64,000 nt of DNA from Octopus vulgaris. Lineage: Eukaryota. This document shows positions 27,150-40,377 of this stretch, piece by piece. The notes beneath the pieces are model-generated. The model worked only from the letters and a program-made list of their open reading frames with translations, was not told where the DNA came from and ran no database searches. Each line of letters begins with the position of its first letter. The first letter of the stretch is position 1. The position numbers were made by a program, and so were the translations under genes. The stretch spans positions 62,806,001-62,870,000 of the forward strand of contig OX597822.1 in the NCBI GenBank assembly GCA_951406725.2, read 5' to 3'.

Positions 27150-27970
27150 CTGATAACGGTGTTGAAGAGCATAAAGATTAAAGTTGTAGTTGAGAAAAAG
27201 TCAGTTGGCATGGAATAAAGAAAGTCATCTGATATTGGAAAAGACTTTCCTGTGTCATGATGATTCGCGCTGACTGTCAAAATGCCGACACCACTATGAC
27301 GACTGCTCTGTGAACACTGTAAAGGTTGTAAAACGTGACGTGGACATTGTCACGCCTTAAATCAAGTTTACTCACATGACGATGGTCTTTGGGTGTCTTC
27401 AGTGAGGGTGACATGATGCAACCCCACAACTCTTATTAGGGCTTTAGACTCGATTCAGACAGCTATGTGAAGCTGCTGGAAATTATGGCCGAATTCTGAC
27501 TAGAGAGGGTTGTTGCTGAAAGGCTATGTGTGTGGCAGTAGGATTCGACTTTTGACCATCACTCCGGAAAGTGTCAGAAATAGTTGTCAGAGAATTTTTT
27601 TACGCTGTCACCAGCCCCAATTTCTGGTCTCCTAATTCTTCTGATTTTAATCTTATCGATTAGTATGAGTGGAACATTTTGAGGAAGGCACCAACCGCTC
27701 AGCTTACACCACCAAATCTGAGGTGTTGGCTAAGATCGAGGGGTTGTTCGAAGAACTTCCTAGGGATACAGTTAGGAACGCCGGCGCCAGTTTCCGGATG
27801 TCTTGGGGCTCCGATGAAACCTGAGATCAGCCACTTTGAGTAAACTGTTATCTCCCAACCATATTCTAGTTAATATTGTTTTTGATTTTGAAAATACTTT
27901 TATTTTTCGATGAGATATTGTTTTCTTTTCCTTTTATGCAAACTGTCAAATTTAGCCCGAACACCCTGTA
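27150..27970 (+). pseudogene. Tc1/mariner-superfamily transposase relic with right TIR
   Basis: VWQ*DST and WSPNSSDFNLID*YEWNIL resemble WQQDSAP and WPPNSPDLNPLDY; ends in GAACACCCTG followed by TA. Confidence 0.65.
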
Positions 27971-29511
27971 TCTGTGTACTCTGAACTGGGAAGAAATACT
28001 GCCTTGTGGATGCGATTCTGTATGATTCTGTCGTTAATATATTTGTTGTTGTCTGGGACTTTTCTGTTTCGGTTGTTATTACCGCTGTCTATGATGTGGT
28101 GGCTCTTGATGGTGGTGTATATTCTGTGTTGTTTCTACCATTGGTGGTTTTGTGAAAGTTGTTGTTGTGCTGTATATGCTGCTTCTAGTCTTCTAGCTGA
28201 TACTGCAATTACTGTTGGTATGGTTGCATGTTATGTCGTATATGTTGCAGCTATATGTGTTGTGGTTGCTGTTTTTTGGTAGTGGCACTGATATTGTAGT
28301 GTTTCCAGTGGGCGGGGGGGCTTCTTTTAGCAGTCATATTTTGTTTGTGTCGGGGTAGAAATTTTGACGTGACTGTTGCAGACGTCTAGTTCAGGTGGTA
28401 TGTTTGTGACTTTTACTCTCTGTCACTCTCTGTCCCAAGTAGATAGAAGACCTTTAGTTCTTTGTGGGACAGTGACGTGCTTCTTGGATATGGTTTCCTA
28501 GTGGATAATAACTCGGATGTATTCGAACTTATGGGTATGTCCCATGAAATTAATGTTGGACCAAATATTTTTATTTTAAAAAAATTACAGCAGACAGCGG
28601 CAGCACTGTTAAATTGACAAGTGGTTCTTTAGTTTGTTGCATTGAATTCTGCTGGTCTGGAGCTCCCTTAATACATACCAAGGAAACAGAGATTTTCAAT
28701 CATCTTATATACTGCCTTGCACTTCAGTTCATACGCTAGTTCTAATTAATGGAATGTGGGTAAAGACTGACTGTATAATATAGAAGGATTTTAAATCATG
28801 AATTCGAGAAGTTAGAAAATAATTTTGTTCATGGAAATGATCTGTTATCTTTGAGATATCTTCAACTGATACTAAAATCTTAATATGCGTGTGTGTGTAC
28901 ATTTGTGTGTGTATGTGTATGTGGGGGAGGCTATGACACAAAGAATTCTGTGAACAAAGAATAAAGGTTGTACTCAAGACGAGTTGTAGATTTTCATCAT
29001 ATGTAGTGGAAGCAGAAAACTTCACTAACCATTATTCCAAGATTCATGTCTCCGATCTTAGATTAGTTGTAAAGATTAGTATACGACCAGCATTTATAGT
29101 TTCTGACGAGAAAACTTTCGTGAAAACATCTCTAGAAAAATCACACAGAAAGCTAAAAACCGAAAGAAAAGTATAGACAAAAAAAAACATTTTGTTTGCA
29201 AAGGTGTTAGAAAGAAATTTTAAAAGTTTGAATATGATGCTGTGCTCTGATTGGAGAACGTACCTGTGAGAACGTACCTTGTGATTACTAATGTGCGATC
29301 CGTCCTTTACTTTCTCATGAGGAATACATAAAATGTGGAAAATATTCTTTATATGATTATATAAGGCCCAACGATTTTATATTAATAACTAAAGATAGTA
29401 AAGTGATATTTAATGTGGAAAAGATTATGGTATTATAACTGTCAAAAGTTGGATGAACAGCATAAAACTAAAACGGTACTCAATACGTTACGTAGAGTAA
29501 ATATATTCGTT

Positions 29512-29890
29512 TATTCTTTTACTTGTTTCGGTCATCTCTGACTGGAGCACCGCCTTTTAGTCGAGCAAATCGACACCAGGACTTATTCTTTGTAAGCCTA
29601 GTACTTATTCTATCGCACTCTTTTTGCCGAACCGCTAAGTTACGGGGACGTAAACACACCAGCATTGGTTGGAGGGACAAGCACAGACGCACAAACATAC
29701 ACACACACACACATATATATATATATACCTATATACGACGGGCTTCTTTCAGTTTCCGTCTACCAAATTCATTCACAAGGCTTTGGTCGGCTCGAGGCTA
29801 TAGTAGAAGATACTTTCCCAAGGTGCCACGCCATGGGACTGAACCCGGAACCATGTGGTTGGTAAGCCAGCTACTTACCACACAGCCACC
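29512..29890 (-). mobile_element. SINE family A
   Basis: Reverse complement of 3613-4082 with internal microsatellite. Confidence 0.87.
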
Positions 29891-30089
29891 CCTGTGTATG
29901 TATATATACATATGTGTATGTATATATACAAATACATTATGTAAGGAAAATGTCCTACTCATTTTTCACATGACTAATTTCAGGGTACTTATTCAATGCT
30001 TGGGATAAACGGAAAAATAATTAGTTTTTACGATTTATTTTACTTTTGTTTTGCTGATTAATTTATATTGTATTGATTTGATCCTTTAA

Positions 30090-31193
30090 AATGAATTCAA
30101 ATCAGCTCTATATTAGACATTGCATTTTGTATCAATTCAAAGGTAGCTTTTCGGAAATGGAAGCGGCAGGAAATATTCGTTCTGTCAATGGAAATGAAGC
30201 CTTATGCATCCGGACATATCAATGATGATTGAGCTAGTTTAGCTCGGGATATCTTTCTCTCAGAGACCCCGCTCGATCTGAACAACCATGTTCTGCCAAT
30301 ATTGAGCTTCTGAAAGTCATAACTAAGGAAAATCCAACGGAAGCTGCATGAGAATTGACAAAACAATTCAAGTCAAACTTCGATCATAAAACACCTTCAT
30401 GAACTCAAATGTGCTTAAACTTTGTTTGTGGGTTCCACCTCATCTGACTGCTTCTCAGCTTAATCCAAGCGTTGCACTCTGCTCGACGTTTAAGAGTAGA
30501 CTTGCTATAGAACCTTTTTTCTGAGTAGAATCATCACAAACAAAGACAAGTAGAATCTGTATGACTATATCCAAACTAGAACGACAATGGCTAACACCCA
30601 ATACAAAAGGATAATCCACTGCAAACCAGGACTATTTATGCTCTCTGATGGGATGCGAAAGGTGTCGTCTATCATGGAGTCTTAAGCCAAAAGGAAGCAG
30701 TTAAAGCACAGAAGCACTGTCGTCAACTGGAAGCATTGCACAACATTTGCAAAAGAAGCGTCCATCATTCGTAAAGGGGTGTTGCTTTTACACGATAAAT
30801 CAATACCATATAGTGCCCAAGTAACTAAGGAATAGATTATGGCACTAAATATGGAAGTCTTGCCTCATCACCCTTAGTCTCTAGACCATATTCCATCTAC
30901 CTGTCATCTTTTCAGATCATTGTAACATTATTTAGAAGGAAGATGGTTTATCAATTATGAAAAGATTGAAAATAATATTGAGTGGGTTTTTATATTTTAG
31001 TTTTTGTTGTACTTTGGTTTTGTCTTCGTGTTTGTTTTTTTGTTATTTTTGTTGTTCTTTTGCTTCTAAACCTGAAGAATTTTAGATCGGAGAATCAATA
31101 CTATGCCAGATTGATTGGATTGTTTCGATTAAATATATCAAGACTAGAAATTTTTTTTTCCAACATGAAATGCGACAGGAATTTCTTTGCAAC

Positions 31194-31198
<5 letters not shown>
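30090..31198 (+). pseudogene. Decayed mariner (DD34D-type) transposon
   Basis: HCILYQF...EAAGNI, WVPPHLT, LLLHDKSIP and HHP*SLDHIPSTCHLFRSL match mariner WVPHEL, HDNARPH and YSPDLAPSDYHLF; right end TTTCTTTGCAACCTAA-TA. Confidence 0.8.
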
Positions 31199-31273
<75 letters not shown>

Positions 31274-31334
31274 CATACATACATACATACATACATACAT
31301 ACATACATACATACATAAATTGATTCTTTGATTG

Positions 31335-31437
<103 letters not shown>

Positions 31438-31645
31438 CATACATACATACATACATACATACATAAATTGATTCATTGATTGATTTAAGTCACAATAATA
31501 CGGATTCAAGTAATCCGGTAGTCATAAACGAAGCTCCTTAATGTATCATGCTATAAGACATATAGAATATATAGTACAATAAGGAGACATGTAATGTATT
31601 TATTACTAAATATAATCCCATGTGATAATTATGTATGTGTGTGTA

Positions 31646-31730
<85 letters not shown>

Positions 31731-31734
<4 letters not shown>

Positions 31735-32225
31735 AAGTCAAATTGCGATAAAATAAAATTAATTATTATCGCTGGCGAAACTAGCTCAGGCCATATATTA
31801 TTCATATATCAGTACATTAAAAGGCGAAATATGTGCTAGAAACACAGAAGCTAGATAAATTTAGTGAAATGAAAATAAAAACATTTACTAACTCGGTTCC
31901 TCTTAGACTGCAGTTTCGTTCTTTTCAGCAATAAAGATAATTTATTTGCTCAGGGAGAATTCATCGGTAAGAGCCCTGTTGTTCTGAGATCCTAACTCAC
32001 TAGAAGCATGTGCTTCTAATGATTTGCTCTCTCTAACTAATCAGATCACTGCGCAGACTCAGAACGTCCCGACAAAACTAGGGATTTCTGGTATATTGTC
32101 TAACGCTCAAAATTTATCGAGAAATATGTAAACAAGTCAAATTGCGATAAAATAAAATTAATTATTATCGCTGGTGAAACTAGCTCAGGCCATATATTAT
32201 TCATATATCAGTACATTAAAAGGCG

Positions 32226-32231
<6 letters not shown>
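31731..32231 (-). mobile_element. Retrozyme/pLTR-like element H2: 399-bp unit plus 102-bp terminal direct repeat
   Basis: 31731-31832 equals 32130-32231 with one mismatch; internal hammerhead fold; (TA)n on both sides. Confidence 0.7.
31900..31973 (-). ncRNA. Type-I hammerhead ribozyme fold (CCGAUGA core variant)
   Basis: CUCUUA-CCGAUGA-[long stem II]-GAAA-CUGCAG-UC-UAAGAG: 6-bp stem I, palindromic stem III ACUGCAGU, GUC triplet. Confidence 0.7.
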
Positions 32232-32279
<48 letters not shown>

Positions 32280-32460
32280 TGGCTTCAAAATTTTGGCATA
32301 AGGCCAGCAATTTCGATAGAGCTCAACTGGTACTTATTTTATCGATCCCGAAAGGATGAAGATCAAAGTTGTCTTCGGAACCTCACCGGAATCTCAACTC
32401 AGAACGTAAAGAGAGACAAAATGCTAAGCAATTTGCCCGGCAGGCTAATGACTTTGCCGA
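32280..32460 (-). mobile_element. SINE family B, diverged
   Basis: CTGGTACTTATTTTATCGATCCCGAAAGGATGAA on the plus strand. Confidence 0.7.
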
Positions 32461-32633
32461 TTTGATGTATATTATTTAATGACAGCTTGACTCAGTGCAA
32501 CTTTAAGTTTCGTAGATTCATGGGACGATCTGATGTCTTCAAGCACCTGAAGAAGAGTTTTCTCGAGGTACCTGACGCGATAGGTTCATTCTATTAGCTT
32601 ACGAAACATTGTGCTGCGTGATGCTGAGCCAGG

Positions 32634-33050
32634 GTGGCGAGCTGGCAGAATCGTTAGCACGCCGGGCGAAATTCTTAGCGGTATTTCTATCTTAACGTTC
32701 TGACTTCAAATTCCGCCGAGGTCGACTTTGCCTTTCATCCTTTCGGAGTCGATTAAATAAGTACCAGTTACGCACTGGGGTCGATATAATCGACTTAATC
32801 CGTTTTATCTGTCTTTGTTTGTCCTCTTTGTGTTTAGCCCCTTGAGGGTAATAAAGAAATAGGTATTTCGTCTGCCGTCACGTTCTGAGTTTGAAAATTC
32901 CGTCGAGGTCGACTTTGCCTTTCGTCTTTTCGGGGTCGATTAAATAAGTACCAGTTACGCACTGGGGTCGATGTAATCGACTTAATCCCTTTGTCCGTCC
33001 TTGTTTGTCCCTTCTATGTCTAGCCCCTTGTGGCCAATAAAGAAATAAAT
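32634..33050 (+). mobile_element. SINE family B dimer (full copy plus headless long-tail copy)
   Basis: The second unit starts at GGTATTTCGTCTG directly after AAAGAAATA. Confidence 0.9.
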
Positions 33051-33849
33051 ATATGTAATTCCTACCACTTTCTTTTGTCCATTCACGCGTATGTGTGTTA
33101 TATATATATATATACACACACACCATTCAGAATTTCTTGAATTATGTCATATCCCAATATACAACAACGTTTTCATGTAGTACTGGGTATTTTTTTTTCA
33201 AGTCATTCATTACATTTCCAACTGTCCATTCACTAAAATTTCATATACTTCTCCTTTATAGCAATCTGAGATATCCAGTAGAAACACCTAAAGTATACTT
33301 AATCGGAGAAATCAAATAATCCCGAAACATAACTGGTTATCACCGTACTACTAAACGTTAGACTAACACTCTTCCCTGTATTCCATATTTCATTAGTGTT
33401 AACTAAGATTTCTGAATTATCTCCCCCTAATTTTTAAGGTATTAGACGTTCAGAAATAATTTGCCCTCAGCACTGGAAGTGCAATTTTTATAAAGTATAA
33501 TTTTACTACATCGGATATCATAGCGACCTTTACTATTGCATTTTCATGCAGCAGACGCCTCTGGTTATTTTTAGCGATCACTGTAATAATTCAAGTGCGA
33601 AATACGTCTGGAGTTAAAAACATACCGCATACGATCAGTTGCAGTCTGCATTGCATTCTATATTTGATTAATATTATTTATATTTCCAGTGAATCAATAT
33701 CAATTACGTCTAATTTGTAGTTGTTATAACAACAATTCTTCAATAAGCAGTTGATAATTCTCATATCTAAGTGTGTAATATCAAAAGTATTCAAATATTA
33801 AAATTTATTAGTTTACTATATCACTTTTAAAATATGCCTATATGTGTAC

Positions 33850-33918
<69 letters not shown>

Positions 33919-34031
33919 TGTATATATATGTATATATATATGTATATATATGTCTGTATATGTATGTCTGTATATATATATGCATGTCTGTATATATATA
34001 TATGTGTATATATGTATATATACTCTTTTAG

Positions 34032-34420
34032 TCTTTTACTTGTTTCAATAATTTGACTGCGGCCATGCTGGAGCACCGCCTTTAGTCGAGCAAATCGACC
34101 CCGAGACTTATTCTTCGTAATCCTAGTACTTATTCTATCGGTCTCTTTTGCCGAACCGCTAAGTGACGGGGACGTAAACACACCATCATCGGTTGTCAAG
34201 CAATGCTAGGGGGACAAACACAGACACACAAACACACACATACATATACATATATATACATATATACGACAGGCTTCTTTCAGTTTCCGTCTACCAAATC
34301 CACTCACAAGGCATTGGTCGGCCCGGGGCTATAGCAGAAGACACTTGCTCAAGATGCCACGCAGTAGGACTGAACCCGGAACCATGTGGTTGGTTAGCAA
34401 GCTACTTACCACATAGCCAC
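34032..34420 (-). mobile_element. SINE family A
   Basis: Reverse complement of family A between (AT)-rich tracts. Confidence 0.87.
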
Positions 34421-34903
34421 ATATATATATGTATATATATATGTATATATATATGAGTATATATATATGTATGTATACGTACGGAAAGCGTGTGTATAAA
34501 ATTATAGAATTATTTTATTTGTTAATTGTTTAAATTATTTTCCATTGCTTTAGTTTTTTTACACGCGTAACAATTAAATTAATTTAACAATCAAGAAAAA
34601 AAAATTAGGTTTGGGTTAGGGGGAGGTTTAGGGTTAGTGGCAGGATGTTGTCTCAGTTTTAGACGCAGCAAGTGATTTTAGCTCAAAAGAGAGCATAGGA
34701 TTGGTTAAAATTCGAAAAATTAAACTACGTTAAACAAACAAATTACAATTTTCTCAAGAAAGCCATGAGAAAAAAATGTTTTATTTTGACACATTCTACC
34801 AGTATACGAAGTTTTAAAGTGTTGAGTTGACTAGAAATTGTCTGCCGTTCAAAAGGAAAAGATCCTATATAGATAGATATATGTATATATATGTATGTCT
34901 GTA

Positions 34904-34999
<96 letters not shown>

Positions 35000-35141
35000 G
35001 ATAGGTAGATAGAGAAAGAGAGAGAGAAAGACGTATGTATGTGTATGTATTGATAATAATAATAAGGTTAGCTAGAAGTGAAGGGGTTGTTCCTTAGGGC
35101 ATTTATATAAATTATATAGAGAAAAGTTTTCAGCTTTTCTA

Positions 35142-35373
35142 AGGAAATGAAATTAAATGAAAAGTAGTAAATAGAATATTCGTGCCATTACATTAAAAAA
35201 AAATTAAGTAGAATGATCACGTAATTATTATATTTAGGATTTTTCGTCTAACACTTGAGAATACTTGTACCTCTACTCATGATTCTCAAGCGCCAGACGA
35301 AATATTCTTAAGAATAATAGCGTAAATATTCTACTTTATGTTTCTACTACTTTTAATTCCATTTTTAATTCCA
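35142..35373. repeat. Degenerate foldback (MITE-like) element
   Basis: Inner arms TTTCGTCTAACACTTGAGAAT and ATTCTCAAGCGCCAGACGAAA; outer arms AAAAGTAGTA..TAGAATATT and AATATTCTA..TACTACTTTT. Confidence 0.55.
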
Positions 35374-35536
35374 TTTTATATCAATTCGTTTCCATTTAAG
35401 ATGTTCTACATGTAAATAAACTAAGAAACAATTTTTTCATATCTTCTATATAAACTTATTAATATTATTAATATACACTATACAGTACTCTACCAAAATT
35501 CTTTTCTTCATACATATATATATCTTTGTGCGAGTG

Positions 35537-35571
<35 letters not shown>

Positions 35572-35577
35572 GTAAGT

Positions 35578-35654
<77 letters not shown>

Positions 35655-36263
35655 CTTTATGGCAAGCGATTTAGTCTTTACAATTAGTTTTGCCATAATT
35701 TGGCTTTTCAAATAAGGGCGGATAAGGTATATTATTCCACCTTCAATTGTTTATTTTAAAGAAATGGCAGCAAATTCACTGTCATCGAAGCTATTTTAGC
35801 TGACACACAGACATACATTTCATCTGGCCGATAGACAAATTCAGAAATACAACAAGCAATGGAGAGCATCTTATAGATTATATAGGCATCAACAAAATAT
35901 ATGATTACGCCTAAACAGACAAACATACAATAGGGAGATAGACTGATAGATAACTACCTACATGCATACGCATAATGTCAAACTTTTTAATAACACACAT
36001 AGACACGAAAACACTATAAACACAAATTATAAACCAAAATACCTACAAAAAAAACGCTATACTTTTATCCATTATTAAGAATTAATATATGAAATAAATG
36101 AAATAAACTTCATCCGACATTACCTCAAAAGACTTATTATAGAAAACTTATTTGTGAACTGGAAGGCGAAAAATGAATACTCAGATAGCAATAAAATGTA
36201 TATATCGGTTTGCAAATTAGAATTCCGTTATCTTTTACTAAATATCGATTTTCATTCATTTAT

Positions 36264-36359
<96 letters not shown>

Positions 36360-36411
36360 GTAGTTAGGTAGGTATGTAGGTAGGTAGGTAGGTAGGTAGG
36401 TAGGTAAGTAA

Positions 36412-36530
36412 GTTTATTAGCCACACAGGGGGGACAAAATACAATGTAGAGCTTTTCTTTTCGAAAACAGAAAAAAAGGAGGAGAAAATAAATTTTCCAT
36501 GAAAAGGGATCGTATACAAAAAAGAGATAG
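36412..36530 (-). mobile_element. Possible Tx1-type 3' end fragment
   Basis: Minus strand ends TTTTGTCCCCCCTGTGTGGCTAATAAAC and runs into (CTAC)n(CTAT)n. Confidence 0.4.
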
Positions 36531-36586
36531 CTAGAATATATATATTATATGCATATTATATATATATATATAATATATATATATAC

Positions 36587-36667
<81 letters not shown>

Positions 36668-36785
36668 CATATATATATGTATGTACATATATATATGTAC
36701 ATACATTTATCAATATATATATAATATATACATAAATATTATATATATATAATATATATATACATACATATATATATTAAATATG

Positions 36786-36838
<53 letters not shown>

Positions 36839-37897
36839 TATAGTGAGACTTGAGATTTCAGTTTCTCCTCTCTAATCTCGGTTTCCTATGAGGTGATTTG
36901 TTCTTCACCTAGTGCGAAATTCCGAGCAATGACAAACAAAAGCTTAAAGTTCCACCTTTTCAGTAATTGAGTAAATAAAATCGAAGACATATCTGAATAG
37001 TAGATTGATTTATATATATATATTTATACCCTGATGCATGTATTTTGAATCATATAATAATACATATATCCGTGATTTCTATAGCTTTTTACATTTACGT
37101 ATATACATTGCGAATATACACTACACCTTAATTAAGCACACGAACATTGCATGTATATGTGTATCTGCGCATGAGCGTATGTTTTTGAGCGTGTGTGGGT
37201 TCATGTGTGTATGTGTATGTGTATGTGCGTGTGTGAGTGTATAAACATATGTATATGTATATACATATACATATATGAATGTGTTTGCACCCTCGTTTCC
37301 TTCTTGAAAAAACTTTTCAGAGATATTAAAAAAAAGAATTGTGTCGTTGCACTTATATTCAACACCAAAATTCTGTAGGTGTAAGAAAGTGAAGAAAAAA
37401 GACTAAATCAACGACAGCAAAAAATTATACCACCAGGGGCTTAGGAGAAGATATAATCAAAAGGAATTATAAGAAAACCCAAGAGACGGAGTGAGAAAAT
37501 ATAGAATCAGAAAGGAGAAAAGAAAAGTAGTTTAAGTCATCATGATTTAGCTGTAGTTTTGAAAGAATATTGAGCTAATCAAATTATATCGTCTTTTAAA
37601 TAGCCAACTTTGAGGTTTGGTTTACTGTAATATGTTTTAGAGAAGTAACATCACTCAGGATGCGTGATTTTTCAAAAAAGATTTTTTAAACTTCTATTAA
37701 TTTATACACTAAATTTCTTTTTCGTTATTTTGTGTAGTTTAATTAGGATTGTAATTATAGCTGTAATTAAATTATGTTACTTCCTAAATTTTAAAATAAA
37801 TAAAACAACGGTAATTATGTTTAAAGATGTTTAACAGAACACCCCTAGATCCGATTTAGAAATCATACATACACACACATAGAAAATTAATATGTGC

Positions 37898-37954
<57 letters not shown>

Positions 37955-38108
37955 TGTGTGTGTGTGTTTAACTAATGGCATAATAAATCATTCAGATACC
38001 TGAATTAATTCAAATAATTTGAAAATAAGGGGAATATTTATTGCAATAAAATATTTTCTGTACTTATACATTTAAATCTATATATACCGACTGTCAGACA
38101 GACTGACT

Positions 38109-38219
<111 letters not shown>

Positions 38220-38407
38220 GGAGAGATAGACAGAGAGATGGAGAGATGGAGAGATAGACAGAGAGATAGAGAGATAGACAGATAGATAGATAGATAAATA
38301 GATAGATAGATAGATAGATAGATCGACGGACAGACATGCAGACGGACGGACATACATTAATACTTGTGTCACCATAAATACTTAAGTTAATGTAGCTATG
38401 AGTTTGA

Positions 38408-38615
38408 TTTCAAATTTTGGCACAAGGCCAGCAATTTTGGGGGCGGTAAAAGTTGCTTACATCGACCCCAGTGCCCGACTAGTATTTATTTAATCGACCC
38501 CGAAAGGATGAAAGGCAAAGTAGACCTCGGTGCAATTTGAAATCAGACCGTAAACACGGACGAAATGCCGCTAAACATTCTGTCCGGCGTGCTAACGATT
38601 TTGTCAGTTCGCTGT
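38408..38615 (-). mobile_element. SINE family B
   Basis: ATCGACCCCGAAAGGATGAAAGGCAAAG on the plus strand; head and short tail present. Confidence 0.8.
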
Positions 38616-39278
38616 CCTACTGCAGATATAAATATTTACAACCGTAGACCTCTTGCTAGTGTAACTGAAATCACGTCGTGGTAACAAAACCGTCACTTCA
38701 ATTTACGTTCAGTCATTTCTAAGTAATATTCCATTTCAGTTGATTGCCTGAGATAATTACAGCTTCATACAGGGCATTCAGTTGCATTCTTTGTCTAAAG
38801 TAGCTGCATGCTGAAGGCTAAAACGGCATTGACAAGTCGATCAATCAATCATGGACGAATTTTATGAAATACTTGCTCAGTATTGAACCAAACTTTTCCT
38901 GAAGTCATTTTTGCCATCAAGCCATTAAAAAAAAGGAAATCTAAATTGGAAACCATTTCACTATCTTAAGAGTGAGTGCGAAGGCTGTTGAAAATATATT
39001 TTCTTCGCCCGTTTATCACTGTCCTTATTTTATTATTTTAACTCATGTCCATTGTCCAGAAATCTTTCGTCATACATTTGCGACCTCTTCAGCGACACCT
39101 TTCGTTTTCATGTGTGTCTTTGCTCCACTTACTCTGTTCTGCTCTTCTAAGATGTATATCCTTATGTGCGCATGTGTTTGTGTCCTTATTTGTATAACAA
39201 AAACTGCATAAGTCTGAAAGAGGAAATACTTTCTAAGATGTAGAGCAGTATATATTAAACATGGGAGGGTCGCTTTCC

Positions 39279-39339
39279 GGGATTACCTCGAGTTTCCCGT
39301 CCATAAAGTGTTTAGCATTATGGTGTATCGTCAGATCCC
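39279..39339 (-). ncRNA. Type-I hammerhead ribozyme fold
   Basis: GGGAU-CUGACGA-uaca-CCAUAA..UUAUGG-acgg-GAAA-CUCGAG-GUA-AUCCC: perfect 5-bp stem I, canonical core, palindromic stem III; base of stem II poorly paired. Confidence 0.55.
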
Positions 39340-39408
39340 AAAAATTTTTTGGCCCATGACATCTTAAGGTAACAATTAGGGATTATCTCTTTTTGTTTTC
39401 GCCTATCG

Positions 39409-39432
39409 ACTTCCGGCTATGCCGCCATCTTG
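39409..39432 (-). promoter_or_regulatory. Adjacent YY1 (CAAGATGGCGGC) and ETS (CCGGAAGT) consensus motifs
   Basis: Exact consensus matches 4 bp apart in a CpG-containing patch. Confidence 0.45.
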
Positions 39433-39533
39433 TGGGCTCCGAAGACGGAGATTTTCGAGTCATGTTTACAAGCGCACACACACGCATATATGTATATATG
39501 TATGTGTATATAGAGAAAATTGCAGAGCAAATG

Positions 39534-39585
<52 letters not shown>

Positions 39586-39894
39586 GGCAAGAAGGAAGGC
39601 AGGCAGGCAGGCAGGCAGGCAGGCAGAGTTCCAGTAAATTGCTATTTTACTTTTAATGTTTACAAAATGTAATCGAGATATTGCTGAACGTGTTTGCAAA
39701 TAGCATGATTGAAACATGCCTAGGGCTTAAATATTAGGAAGTTAGTTCATATAATTGGTTGATTAGATGTTTATAAAAGATATAAAAACTGGAAATGCGA
39801 AAAATAATTGGTACGAATACAGGGAAAGAAACGCAAACACAAACAAACCAATCACACATGCATACATACATACATACTTACATGTTTGTCATTT

Positions 39895-39949
<55 letters not shown>

Positions 39950-39951
<2 letters not shown>

Positions 39952-40326
39952 GCGCAATAGCCCAGTGGTTAGGACAGCGAACTTGCGGTCGTAAGATCGC
40001 GGGTTCGATTCCCAGACCGAGCGTTGTGAGTGTTTATGAAGCGAAAACACCTAAAGCTCCACGAGGCTCCGGCAGGGAGAGGTGGCGAACCCTGCTGTAT
40101 TCTTTCCCCACAACTTTCTTTCACTCTTTCTTCCCGTTTCTATTGTACCTGTAATTCGAAGGGCAGCCTTGTCACACTATCTGACACTGAATCTCACCGA
40201 GAACTACGTAAAGGGCACACGTGTCTGTGGAGTGCTCAGCCACTTGCACGTTAATTTCATGAGCAGACTGTTCCGTTGATCGGATCGACTGGAACCCTCG
40301 TCGTCGTAACCGACGGAGTGCCACAA
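39950..40326 (+). mobile_element. SINE family C, tail type 2
   Basis: GGCGCAATAGCCCAGTGGTTAGG...GGTTCGATTCCC head; tail ends CGTCGTAACCGACGGAGTGCCACAA. Confidence 0.85.
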
Positions 40327-40377
40327 TATATATATATAAAGATGTTACCAGTTTTGTATGGAAATTAATGTTATCAT

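Noticed and set aside
29100-29140. CTGACGA...GAAA hammerhead candidate
   Set aside because: No stem I or stem III pairing; the candidates near 32550 (GAGG in place of GAAA) and 51918 fail in the same way.
34604-34640. Interstitial telomeric TTAGGG
   Set aside because: Only a few degenerate units, probably internal to an old non-autonomous DNA element at about 34480-34866 that I could not classify.
36875-36930. Very degenerate hammerhead-like folds here and at 8035-8080 (minus), both between (TA)n tracts
   Set aside because: The core is not recognisable enough to call without a family consensus.
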